Below, one piece after another: positions 19,072-30,043 of a stretch of 64,000 bases of DNA (positions are counted from its first letter, which is position 1; each line of letters begins with the position of its first letter). The notes beneath the pieces were generated by a model, which did no database searches, was not told the DNA's origin, and was given only the letters and a program-made list of their open reading frames with translations. The stretch spans positions 4,928,800 through 4,992,799 of the forward strand of contig OZ242036.1 in NCBI GenBank assembly GCA_965205075.1, written 5' to 3'. The DNA is from Candidatus Poribacteria bacterium (GTDB taxonomy: Bacteria > Poribacteria > WGA-4E > PCPOR2b). The position numbers and the translations under genes are program-made.

Positions 19072-20868
19072 ATGCAAATGCGATCTATCACAGCCAATCC
19101 GTCTCAGATTATGGTCGAGCAGCTTGCAGCATTGGATGTGAAGTATCTGTTTTATAATTCCGGCTCGCGCGAGGCCCGCTTTTTCGATGCACTGCATGCT
19201 CACCCAGATATACACGGCATTCTGGCACTCCATGAGGGCACTGTCGCAGCACAAGCAGGAGGCTACACGCAGGTAAATCTCGACCCGGCGGTCATGGTGG
19301 TCCATTTGGGCGCAGGGCTTGCCCAATGCTTGGGACAGCTAATCAACATCTGGTCGAGTGGCTTGCCCGTCGTCGTCATCACCTTTGCGGGCGACACCGG
19401 CAGCTACGTGGATCGGATTGAACTCGATCTCAATCACAACTTCGGACCGACCTCCATCGCCGCGCCTTTCACGAAGCAAAACTGGACCGTGATCGAACCC
19501 GAAGGGCTGCCGCAAGCCATTCACCGTGCGTTACTGGTCGCCAAAACGCCATCGGTGGGGCCCGTCCATCTCGCTGTGTATGATCGGGCACTTGGGCCCG
19601 AGCAGATAACCACAAACATTATTGAGGGGAGTATCCCAGAGCTCCACGCGGGTTATCCATCAGATAGTGATGTCGAGAAGATTGAATCTGCCTTGCACGA
19701 CGCGAAGTCTCCGGTGTTTTATATTGGAGATGGGGTCTGGAAGAGCGGTGCGGAAGACCAAATTATCGCGGTCGCTGAACACTTTGGCGTTCCCTGTGTC
19801 AGCAGCTACGTCCCCGTCGGAACTTGGGAAAGAAGCATCGCAACGAAACATCAACTCAATTGTGGACGGTTGGATCAGACGGTAGATATCCTTCAACCTG
19901 ACCTGATCGTTTGTATCGGTATACATCATAGGGGCGGCGGAAGGCCGGGCGATTTCGATGTATTTTCTAAAGCGCGGCAGGTTATCGCCATTGGATCTGA
20001 TATTGAGCATATCAAAAATATCCCGTATCTGTCTATAGCGATTCTGGCGGATGAATGTCGGACCTTTGAGCGGCTTCTCGAATTGGCATCGAGTCATTCA
20101 ACCCCGAATCACTTTGACGAGCGACGCTCTTGGGCACTTGAACAGGCTGCCGCGCTTCACGTACAGCGAATAAATGAGGTGTGGAGGACTGAGACTCAAC
20201 CAAATCAGATTCGATCATGGATAGTTGCAGAGACACTAGACACCGCCTTAGAACGTCGTGGCGGTGGGTTGGTGATGCTCGAACAATATGCGGTCCCTTG
20301 GGACACTGTCGGCGGATATACGCTTTCATCAGATGCCGTAGCCGGGACAGACCTTGGCAGGAACAGATACATCCGGGCTGCCGGTGGGTCTGAGGGCTAC
20401 GGAGTTGGTGGAACGGTCGGCTTGAAACTCGCAGCCCCTGAAAAGCCGGTCGTTGGGTTGGTCGGTGATGGTTCGCTGTTGTACGCAGAGTCAGGACTGT
20501 GGACCGCAGCACATCATGGCATACCGGTGCTCTACATTATTCCCAACAACCAATCCTATGGCGCGGTTGCTTCCTCCTTTGGAAACGTGGATGGGGTAAT
20601 GAAGGAGACCGGGGAATATGCCGGTGTCGTTCTGGACGGAATTGACCCTGTGAAACTCGCAGAGGGGATCGGTGTGGAGGGGATGCATGTCCAAGAGGAG
20701 TCTCGCCTTGCTGCGGCAATTGAACATGGGTTGAACGTGGTTGAAAGGGAAAGGCGCCCATTTCTCTTGAATATTCACTTGCCGCTAGGGTTACCAGAAG
20801 GCGGACGTGCTGCGGCGCAATTCCGGCTTGCGGATGCCATGTCGCCAGTTCAAGCCCACGAGGCTTAA
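19072..20868 (+). CDS. thiamine-pyrophosphate-dependent enzyme (acetolactate synthase/benzoylformate decarboxylase family)
   Basis: N-terminal TPP pyrimidine-binding domain and C-terminal TPP-binding motif GDGSLLYAESGLWTAAHHGIPVLYIIPNNQSYG. Confidence 0.75.
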   Translation: MQMRSITANPSQIMVEQLAALDVKYLFYNSGSREARFFDALHAHPDIHGILALHEGTVAAQAGGYTQVNLDPAVMVVHLGAGLAQCLGQLINIWSSGLPVVVITFAGDTGSYVDRIELDLNHNFGPTSIAAPFTKQNWTVIEPEGLPQAIHRALLVAKTPSVGPVHLAVYDRALGPEQITTNIIEGSIPELHAGYPSDSDVEKIESALHDAKSPVFYIGDGVWKSGAEDQIIAVAEHFGVPCVSSYVPVGTWERSIATKHQLNCGRLDQTVDILQPDLIVCIGIHHRGGGRPGDFDVFSKARQVIAIGSDIEHIKNIPYLSIAILADECRTFERLLELASSHSTPNHFDERRSWALEQAAALHVQRINEVWRTETQPNQIRSWIVAETLDTALERRGGGLVMLEQYAVPWDTVGGYTLSSDAVAGTDLGRNRYIRAAGGSEGYGVGGTVGLKLAAPEKPVVGLVGDGSLLYAESGLWTAAHHGIPVLYIIPNNQSYGAVASSFGNVDGVMKETGEYAGVVLDGIDPVKLAEGIGVEGMHVQEESRLAAAIEHGLNVVERERRPFLLNIHLPLGLPEGGRAAAQFRLADAMSPVQAHEA

Positions 20869-20914
20869 CAGCCAACTCACTATATTAGGACTCACACAGT
20901 TAAACGCCTCAAGC

Positions 20915-21050
20915 CTTGTAGTTCAGTGATTCAGTACCGCACAACACAACTGACGACGCCCGATGAATCCCCGATAAATCGGGATTAAGAAACGGGCAAC
21001 TACAATAAATTCGTAGGTTTGTAGTCAGGTGATTTATCGCCCGTCGTGAC
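20915..21050. repeat. REP-like hairpin cluster between TPP-enzyme gene and atpD
   Basis: It shares GTAGTTC..GATTCA..CGCCCGATGAATC..GGGCAACTACAAT blocks with 60848-60935 and carries internal hairpins (CCCGAT-AA-ATCGGG; CAACTACAA...TTGTAGTC). Confidence 0.6.
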
Positions 21051-21100
21051 ACACAATGAACGCGCTACTATAAACTCAAGTGCGTAACCCCTATAATTGA

Positions 21101-22528
<1,428 letters not shown>

Positions 22529-22543
22529 CCCAACCAGATAACT

Positions 22544-22951
22544 ATGCTTGAAAAAAGATTACATCTCGAAATCCGAACACCCGAACAGTTAATTTATGAG
22601 GGCGATGTTATTGGTGTGAGAGCTCCCGGCGAACTGGGATCGTTTGAGATTCTTGCTGGGCATCTCCCTTTTCTAACTGTGCTAGAGATTGGCGAAATAC
22701 GCATCCGCGAATCTGACGCACCTCAATCCATTGCAACCAGTGGGGGTGTCTTTGAGGTATTACGCACCGGCGTCACTGTGTTGGCGGATACCGCCGAGTG
22801 GGCGTATGAAATTGATGTCGAACGCGCAGAAGCCGCTCGCCAACGTGCACAGGAACTCCTCGCTTCACGCGATCCAGATATTAACCGCGGACGAGCAGAG
22901 TCGGCATTGGCTCGCGCTACGAATCGATTAAAGGTTGCGGGACAACAGTAG
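22544..22951 (+). CDS. atpC: F0F1 ATP synthase subunit epsilon
   Basis: 135 aa; beta-sandwich N-terminus plus helical C-terminus typical of epsilon. Confidence 0.85.
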   Translation: MLEKRLHLEIRTPEQLIYEGDVIGVRAPGELGSFEILAGHLPFLTVLEIGEIRIRESDAPQSIATSGGVFEVLRTGVTVLADTAEWAYEIDVERAEAARQRAQELLASRDPDINRGRAESALARATNRLKVAGQQ

Positions 22952-22977
22952 CCTGAATCAGCGGATGTTTGATCTAT

Positions 22978-23026
22978 GAAAGGGGAAACAGCAGACAAAC
23001 CTGTTGTTTCCCCTTTTTTGCTTTGG
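22978..23026 (+). terminator. rho-independent terminator ending the atp operon
   Basis: GGGGAAACAGCAGACAAACCTGTTGTTTCCCC hairpin followed by TTTTTTGCTTT. Confidence 0.65.
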
Positions 23027-23040
23027 GAGAGGAATAGATA

Positions 23041-24642
23041 ATGCAAGTTGGTCAGCTCCAGTATTTTCAATCCAAGGTCGACGGTAAGTTACACCCCTGT
23101 GCGGTATGTGCAACCGACACAAGTGACGAACCGAAGCCCTTAATTGTGGAGGTCAGTCCCGGCGCATTGGGGAATCTGCCCGGCGCGGTTGAGCTGACCG
23201 AACAAATTGCAGGGATTGCTGCCAGACACAATCAATCGTGCATCGTCCTCAGACCAACAGGGCGAGGTTCCGGTTCCGTTTATCAGAACTACGGCGAAAT
23301 CGATGTCCTAGAAGCTATCGAACATGTCGCTGCAAACTACGCCATTGACCGAGACCGCATTACAATCACCGGCAGTTCAATGGGTGGGGCTGCAACGTGG
23401 TATCTGATCTCGCACTATCCTGATCTTTTCGCAGGTGCCGCGCCGTTTTGTGGTTATTGCGACTATCGGCTGTGGGAAAAACCGGGAGGGCTCACATTCC
23501 ACATGCACGAGTGGGAAATCCCCTCTTGGCGTGCTAGGTCCGCTGCATTTCTCATCGAAAATCTCGCCCATACACCCGTTTGGATAATCCACGGCGAATG
23601 GGATCGGGGCGTCGGTGGCGGTGTTCCGGTTAAGCATTCCCGTCAAATGGCACAGCTTATGGAAGAACGGGGATATGCCCATAAATATACAGAGGTCCCT
23701 AGAATAGGTCATGGATGCCGCCTACCCGATATATGGGAAGAAGTAGTCCTTTGGCTGCTGAAGCAGCGGAAGCAGCGATCCCCGGATCACGTTTCGTTGG
23801 CAACCTACAATCTTCGGCATAATCAATCCTACTGGGTTGTGATAGATCAACTGTCACACTACGGCGAGCGAGGAACGGTCAATGCGCGTTTCGTCAAAGA
23901 CAGTTACCTCGTCGTCCACACTGAAAATATCCGCACCTTCTCCCTTGGACCACTTCAGAAGAACGAAGGGGTCAATGTAACAATTGATGCCCAAAAGTTT
24001 GAACGAGTGAACTTAACCCACCAGAATCAGTTTCAACGAACCTCTAAAGGCGTTTGGACGCATGGTAACTTTGATCTCTCCACTGAGAAACACCACCGGG
24101 CATCGGGTCCCATCAGCAATCTCTTTTTCGATGGACTTATCCTTGTGCCCGGCACAGTTGGGACAGAGGAAAAAACATTTTTTAACAAATGGGTTGCCGA
24201 GAACGCGGTCGGATATTATCGCAGCAGAAACGGAGGTGTGCATCGCGGTGGTATCATGGGAGATAACGCTGTCCAACTCCCTGTCATCCCTGACGTTGAA
24301 CTCACCGAAGATCTTCTGCAAACGAACAACCTGCTCCTATATGGCGTTTATGATTCTAACGCCATCCTAGCGCAATTTGAAGGTGAGCTGCCGATTACCT
24401 TTGAGGGTAAGACAATCCATCTGTCCGATAAATCGTACACGGCGGAAGGGACGGCGGTTTTTGCCCTATTTCCTCATCCTTTAAATCCAGAACGGTATGT
24501 CGCGGTGCATGCTGGGGTCACACCGGATGCAATATGCTGGGGAAGCCATCTCGACATGCAACTCTTGCCTGATTATATTGTCTATTCCGGAGGGCAACTC
24601 CTTGACTGGGGCTTTTGGGGGAATGATTGGCAATCCCAATAA
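23041..24642 (+). CDS. alpha/beta-hydrolase fold protein (S9 peptidase/esterase-like) with C-terminal extension
   Basis: Nucleophile elbow GSSMGG, His-containing C-terminal catalytic region and dienelactone hydrolase/prolyl oligopeptidase-like topology. Confidence 0.65.
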   Translation: MQVGQLQYFQSKVDGKLHPCAVCATDTSDEPKPLIVEVSPGALGNLPGAVELTEQIAGIAARHNQSCIVLRPTGRGSGSVYQNYGEIDVLEAIEHVAANYAIDRDRITITGSSMGGAATWYLISHYPDLFAGAAPFCGYCDYRLWEKPGGLTFHMHEWEIPSWRARSAAFLIENLAHTPVWIIHGEWDRGVGGGVPVKHSRQMAQLMEERGYAHKYTEVPRIGHGCRLPDIWEEVVLWLLKQRKQRSPDHVSLATYNLRHNQSYWVVIDQLSHYGERGTVNARFVKDSYLVVHTENIRTFSLGPLQKNEGVNVTIDAQKFERVNLTHQNQFQRTSKGVWTHGNFDLSTEKHHRASGPISNLFFDGLILVPGTVGTEEKTFFNKWVAENAVGYYRSRNGGVHRGGIMGDNAVQLPVIPDVELTEDLLQTNNLLLYGVYDSNAILAQFEGELPITFEGKTIHLSDKSYTAEGTAVFALFPHPLNPERYVAVHAGVTPDAICWGSHLDMQLLPDYIVYSGGQLLDWGFWGNDWQSQ

Positions 24643-24827
24643 TGGTCGATCCCTGAAGGGACACCATCGCTTCTGCCAGAGCGGTATACACGACCGCAAC
24701 AATCAGCCACGATTGGACTTTCCGAAGGTCAACTTAGTGCGCTACCAACAAGGTTAAATGAAATGAATCACAGATCTATAGAAGGTTGTCGCCACACCCC
24801 TACACAAACCAAATAAGTCATTTTTTC

Positions 24828-24856
24828 TTGACACTGGATACATAGGCTAGTATACT
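24828..24856 (+). promoter_or_regulatory. near-consensus sigma70-type promoter upstream of the CBM9-like gene
   Basis: TTGACA (24828-24833), 17-nt spacer, TATACT (24851-24856), about 58 nt before ATG 24915. Confidence 0.5.
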
Positions 24857-24914
24857 AGCAATTGGTTTCACTGAACTTAAACGTTTAATTTTTTCTGTAA
24901 GGCGGGCGATCCAA

Positions 24915-25622
24915 ATGGTGAAAAAGCTACTTTTTTGCACAATAATTATATTGATTGCAGCTAGCTATAGCTCCGCACGCATTATAGACCCGAAGACAGG
25001 CGCGGAGTTCAGATATAAAGCAAGATTGGTAGAGGTTGCTCCTGTGGTCGATGGTTTTCTTGACGACCCTGCATGGGACGATGCTATATCTGCTCCCCTA
25101 GATCATGATGTCAAAGGGGATCGGCGTTGGGGAGACTTTAGTGATTTCAAAGCTACCTTTGCTGCTGTATGGCGCAACGCCTCTCTCTACATAGCCATCG
25201 AACTGACCGATGACCAAATTGAAACCGCTCACGAAAAAATTAACCTGCAAGATCGCGTAGAGATTTACATAGATACAGGACATTCGGGCCAGCAGAGCGA
25301 CCTATATCGTTACACATTGCCCGTTGGAGAGGACATCATGGCCGCTGGCAATCAAGGACTGTTGGTGAATTGGGGAAATGGAGGGCAATCCGTAGAATTG
25401 AGCTTTGACTTGATGCAGACACCGAGGAAAGAGGATACCATCAGTTTTGGGATTTACTATTACGATGTAGATGATGATCGCCTGAATCACAAATTTCGCT
25501 GGGGTCCCACCGGACAGAGCGAACCGGAAGATGCCCTTGCGGATCTGGTATTTACAGCCAATATCAAGCTAAATGCAAACCAAAAAGCAGTACAATGGGG
25601 GCGTATCAAACAACTTTATTAA
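24915..25622 (+). CDS. secreted CBM9-like (DOMON-like) carbohydrate-binding family protein
   Basis: Signal peptide; motif VDGFLDDPAWDDA is typical of family-9 carbohydrate-binding-like modules. Confidence 0.5.
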   Translation: MVKKLLFCTIIILIAASYSSARIIDPKTGAEFRYKARLVEVAPVVDGFLDDPAWDDAISAPLDHDVKGDRRWGDFSDFKATFAAVWRNASLYIAIELTDDQIETAHEKINLQDRVEIYIDTGHSGQQSDLYRYTLPVGEDIMAAGNQGLLVNWGNGGQSVELSFDLMQTPRKEDTISFGIYYYDVDDDRLNHKFRWGPTGQSEPEDALADLVFTANIKLNANQKAVQWGRIKQLY

Positions 25623-25676
25623 TCTCACTACGCAATGGTATTACGAAGTTAGGCAATTGGCACCGATGCCTCAAGA

Positions 25677-25877
25677 TTGAAGCGCGCGGAGCTCACAGTG
25701 TTTATCATCGGCAAATTATTGGAATTGATAGGAATGTCGCTTTTGGGAGTGGGGCTATATGTTGGGTGTGCCAAACCCTACGGGTTGAGTGAAGGTGCCG
25801 CTATGGGCGCAGAGGTAGCCTCTCTCGCAATAGGAATTTTAATCTTCTTCATAGGCAGAACGATAGAGAAACGGTAA
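25677..25877 (+). CDS. small two-TM membrane protein (hypothetical)
   Basis: 66-aa ORF with two hydrophobic helices and no motif. Confidence 0.25.
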   Translation: MKRAELTVFIIGKLLELIGMSLLGVGLYVGCAKPYGLSEGAAMGAEVASLAIGILIFFIGRTIEKR

Positions 25878-25983
25878 TCGTGTCCGCACAGCACACTGTT
25901 TTTTGCAGTTAAAGATCTATTTCAGCACTTACACATACTCAAGCATCGAGCGTATCCTCTCGATGCTTTTTTGATGTTCATAT

Positions 25984-26529
25984 TTGGTGGAGGAAAATAG
26001 GATGGCGTTTAATGTCAAAAAACGTGGGAAATTGACCTATTACTATCAAGGCGATTATCCGGTGTTGTCCCCTTTAGTCACTGAGACGTTGCCAGATGGG
26101 GATCTGAAAATCTATTTTTCGGGTCTAACGGGAGGATATTCGGCAAAGGGGGTTCTGAACCTTGATGAACTAGTTTCGATGGATCCAGAACAGGAGATCC
26201 CACTGGTGTTCAAAAGTTGGGAATCGTGGTTGAAAGAAGCGGGTATCTGTGATTCTCTGAAGGACGTAGATTTCATTGAGGTTCACGCGTTCGGATGTCA
26301 ACCCAAGGCTCCAAATCCGATTGTCGATCCGGCGGGTTACGCAGCAGAGCAGGAACGCCTCCGTAAAGCCTATGCTCAAGCGTATAGTAACTTTTTCCGT
26401 GACTACCTACCGGAAAACGGTGTGCCCGCTCGGTTCACGGTCCATGTAGTTGATGTTCCAGATACGGCAGCTTCCTATGAGTTCTACGGAACCGCACTCT
26501 ACCAGAAAGCACTACAAAAAGATTCCTAG
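25984..26529 (+). CDS. hypothetical protein
   Basis: 181-aa ORF with coding-like composition and no motif; a plausible start is ATG 26002. Confidence 0.4.
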   Translation: MVEENRMAFNVKKRGKLTYYYQGDYPVLSPLVTETLPDGDLKIYFSGLTGGYSAKGVLNLDELVSMDPEQEIPLVFKSWESWLKEAGICDSLKDVDFIEVHAFGCQPKAPNPIVDPAGYAAEQERLRKAYAQAYSNFFRDYLPENGVPARFTVHVVDVPDTAASYEFYGTALYQKALQKDS

Positions 26530-26547
26530 TCGACAGATTCATGAGAT

Positions 26548-29067
26548 TTGAGAGGTGGCACATTTTCCCTGCGAGGTTACAACGGAATGACACGTCTGAA
26601 AAAACCTCTCCTCTCCCTCATCTGCATTGCATTAATTGTATTGGCTGGCTGCGGCGAAAAACATGAGAAACCCGAAGCACTCAACGAACCCAAGGAACTC
26701 AATGAGTGGCGCAAGCTCCCTCAAGCCAACTTCGGGATTCCGCCTTATGCCCGTTACCTTGAGGGAATCAAAATTTGTTTAGATCCAGGACACGGTGGAC
26801 AGGCTCACCTGCTGAATTACAAGCGCGGACCAACCGGACTTCGCGAGGCAGAGGCGAACCTACGCGTGGCACTGTATCTGCGCGAATTTCTGAAGGAGGC
26901 AGGCGCGATCGTTTTTATGACACGCACCGATGATTCCTTCGTTAGCATTCCAGACCGTAGCGAAATCGCCAATAAGAACGCTGTCGATTTTTTTATTTCT
27001 CTCCATCATAATTGGTTCAGCGACCCCGAAACCAATTACACCTCCACATGGTATCATCAAGATGCGGATGATTCCCGCGCAAGTTTAGATCTCGCCCGGT
27101 ACGTGCAGCAGAGCGTCGCTGATGCGCTGCGCCTGCCGCAATTCACGCCAACGGGACTCTATTCGGATCGGTTGGTAATACCGTCGGGATTCGGCGTACT
27201 CCGTCAAACGAAGCGTCCTGCTATTTTGGTTGAAGCATCGTTTTATTCCAGCCCTGCAGAAGAGCAACGTTTGAAAAAGGAGTCATATAACAAGCGTGAG
27301 GCTTACGGCTATTTTATCGGGATTGCGCGTTACGTTGCAGCGGGATTTCCGAGGGGTGTTTTGCTGACCCCATTACCAGAATCGTTCATCGAAACAAAGA
27401 ACCCGCGCATTGAGATTCGTGTAGCGGACGGCTTGCATGAACGCGGTGCGTGGATGCTCAAAAGGCAACAGGTCTTCTCCGATTCCATCAGCGTCAAACT
27501 TGATGGTGTTATTGTTCCTCACCAGTATCTCCGCGCTGAAGATCTTATTGTGATTGTCCCGTCGAAGCCGCTTTCCAACGGCGTACATATTGTCGAAACC
27601 AATCTCGTTAATTACTACGGGAATCACAGCCTGCCGGGTGGGCAGTGGTTCAAAGTAACCCCACCCGCAGCAAAACTGAAACTCCGTGCATGGACGAAAA
27701 TCCTTCCGCCCGATGGTGCGAGCTATGTCTGTATCACCGTGACCGCTCTGGACAAAAATGGTCTACCAATCGCAGATGACGAACCGATTCACGCTCAGAC
27801 ATCAATTGGGCGGCTTGCTGAGACTGAAAACCTCTCACAGAATGGAGAGGCACGATTTTATCTACACACGGACGCAACGCAGCCACAGCCGGGTCGTGCA
27901 CAGGTGAAGGTTGCATACAAAAACAGGTCAGAAACCATCACGATCCGTTTTGAGAAAATTCGTGGCGGGATTGTTCAGGGCAGCATCCACGATGTTTTTG
28001 GAAACACCATCTCAGATGCGACCATACAGTTGGTGAGAAAAAAGAACAGAGCGACAACGACCAACCCAGATGGTCACTTCTTTTTCGATAACGTTTTGCC
28101 GGGGGACGCAACCCTTAACGTTTCAAAAACTGGCTACTACAGCTTTCGACTGGAGACCAACGCGACCTCAAACAGTGCGCAGGTACTCCATCCCGAACTA
28201 CATCCGATTGCAGACGGTACACTTATTGGGAAAGTTTTTGTCCTAGACGCACGCTACGGCGGTTCAGAACGAGGAGCACCTGTCGTCAATTCTGTTGCGC
28301 CCGCAGATCTTAATCTCGCCGTGGTCAAAGCACTCAGAGAAATGCTAACGCTTGCTGGAGCAAACGTTTACCTTGTTCGAGAAAAAGATGAGCAGATCCC
28401 TGGCTCGAAACGGGTCAAGATAATCAATGCCGTTAAACATGACGGATATTACCTTCGGATCGATCACGGCGCCCGGGTCGAGGGCGAACCATCGGTCATC
28501 GCTACAGGTTATCCGGGGAATCAGGTCGCGGAAAACTATCTCAAGGCAATACTTGGGGGATTTAACATAACACTTTTTCAGACACCAATTGAAACGTTTG
28601 GAGATGCGGAATCGCCGGAGATTCGGTCAACTAACAAAATAGCACTTGCACTTGAGATCCGTTCTATCAATCATCCAGATCTTCATGAACCTGTGGACTC
28701 TCCTGCGCTGATCTCACAGGAGGCGTACGCAATTTTTTTGGGAACATGGAAATTCTTGAAAAACGCTCAATCGTCTGACGAAGAACTCAACTCCGGCGCA
28801 ATAGGTGAAGTCTTACCTCAAAAGGGACTTGAAATTCAGGTTGTTGATGGAACTGCACGGCAGCCGGTCGCTGGTACAAGAGTCGCCTTAGATGACACCT
28901 TTCCATTAATAACAAATCAAGCTGGAAAAGCCACTTTCCACGGGGTGCATACGCGCCGGTATCGCATTGCGGTTGAGGCAATGGGGTATGCTCATCAGAC
29001 AATCGAATCGGATTTTCTGAATTCAGGCTCGATATTGGTAGAAATGAGGAAACAGGATAATCGGTGA
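26548..29067 (+). CDS. large lipoprotein with N-acetylmuramoyl-L-alanine amidase (Amidase_3) domains and carboxypeptidase-regulatory-like beta domains
   Basis: Amidase_3 signature (KICLDPGHGG...VFMTRTDD...DFFISLHHN). A second degenerate amidase-like segment (VFVLDARYGGSERG...). CarbopepD_reg-like segments (TNPDGHFFFDNVLPGDATLNVSKTGYY). Lipobox LAGC. A probable start is ATG 26587. Confidence 0.75.
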   Translation: MRGGTFSLRGYNGMTRLKKPLLSLICIALIVLAGCGEKHEKPEALNEPKELNEWRKLPQANFGIPPYARYLEGIKICLDPGHGGQAHLLNYKRGPTGLREAEANLRVALYLREFLKEAGAIVFMTRTDDSFVSIPDRSEIANKNAVDFFISLHHNWFSDPETNYTSTWYHQDADDSRASLDLARYVQQSVADALRLPQFTPTGLYSDRLVIPSGFGVLRQTKRPAILVEASFYSSPAEEQRLKKESYNKREAYGYFIGIARYVAAGFPRGVLLTPLPESFIETKNPRIEIRVADGLHERGAWMLKRQQVFSDSISVKLDGVIVPHQYLRAEDLIVIVPSKPLSNGVHIVETNLVNYYGNHSLPGGQWFKVTPPAAKLKLRAWTKILPPDGASYVCITVTALDKNGLPIADDEPIHAQTSIGRLAETENLSQNGEARFYLHTDATQPQPGRAQVKVAYKNRSETITIRFEKIRGGIVQGSIHDVFGNTISDATIQLVRKKNRATTTNPDGHFFFDNVLPGDATLNVSKTGYYSFRLETNATSNSAQVLHPELHPIADGTLIGKVFVLDARYGGSERGAPVVNSVAPADLNLAVVKALREMLTLAGANVYLVREKDEQIPGSKRVKIINAVKHDGYYLRIDHGARVEGEPSVIATGYPGNQVAENYLKAILGGFNITLFQTPIETFGDAESPEIRSTNKIALALEIRSINHPDLHEPVDSPALISQEAYAIFLGTWKFLKNAQSSDEELNSGAIGEVLPQKGLEIQVVDGTARQPVAGTRVALDDTFPLITNQAGKATFHGVHTRRYRIAVEAMGYAHQTIESDFLNSGSILVEMRKQDNR

Positions 29068-29129
29068 ATTAGGCGAAACGGAATCGCAGTTTGTGCTGTT
29101 CTTTTCTCATTGAAAGCTACGCAAGGGGA

Positions 29130-30040
29130 TGATAGGATGACACTCGCTATGAAAGCCATTTTGCAATCCCAAGCATTTATGCTTGGGTCTAATGATTTGG
29201 CTTGATAAATGACGGTAAAAATGGCATAAAATGTTAAAAACTCACAAAATCGCTTTAGATCCGAACAACGTCCAATCGACCGCATTCGCACAGCATTGTG
29301 GCTATAGCCGTGTGGTTTACAACCACGTCCTCAGAGATTTCAAGAACGGGTTAAACACCGGTGTTTGGCGTAGCCACTTGGAGCTCAATCAACGTTTCAA
29401 TGCTATTAAGCGAGACGCTTACCAATGGTGTGATGAACTCTCGCAGAACGTTGTCAAGAATACAGTCTATCACAATTTCAAGAATGCGATAGCACGATGG
29501 AAATCGGGTCAAAGCAAATTCCCGAAGTTTAAGCGACGTTCCAGAGGTCAGTCCTATAGAGCGGATAGCGGCCGAGGCACAATCCCTGTCGAAGGCAAGC
29601 GGATTAAACTTCCCAAAATTGGTTGGGTCCGTATGTGTCAACCCCTTCGCTTCCTCGGCTCTATCCAGCAGGTAACAATCTCTAAGCATGGTCAAGAATC
29701 ATCGGCTTGCTAAAGCATTGTCAGATGCATCGCTATCTAATTTTCTGACACTGCTCAAGTCTAAAGCAGATGCGCTTGGCATTAAAATCGTAGAAGCGGA
29801 TAGATTCTATCCATCAAGTCAGACGTGCTCGGCTTGTGGCGTCATTGATAGTGACCTGTCCTTATCAGATAGGACTTATCATTGCAGCGATTGTGGACAC
29901 ACCCAAGATAGAGATCTCAACGCTGCAATAAACCTTAGAAACGTCGCCATGGGGCACACGGAGACGTAAAACGCTTGTCCGAAAGGATTCCGATTTATCG
30001 GAGTGGAGCACTGTAAGACGTTGGCTCATTAAGCAACGCG
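29130..30040 (+). mobile_element. degraded IS200/IS605-family (TnpB-only, IS1341-like) element
   Basis: Left subterminal perfect hairpin CCCAAGCAT-TT-ATGCTTGGG (around 29160-29185). Split tnpB reading frames. 3' hairpin TCCGAT-TT-ATCGGA (around 29990). Confidence 0.5.
29231..29969 (+). pseudogene. tnpB: tnpB (RNA-guided nuclease TnpB/OrfB) remnant, frameshifted and internally deleted
   Basis: N-terminal OrfB_IS605 region (29231..29713) and C-terminal Zn-ribbon plus RuvC-III (CSACG...CSDCGHTQDRDLNAAINL; 29688..29969) lie in different frames. Combined length is about 250 aa against about 400 expected; the RuvC-I/II core is missing. Confidence 0.7.
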
Positions 30041-30043
30041 GGT

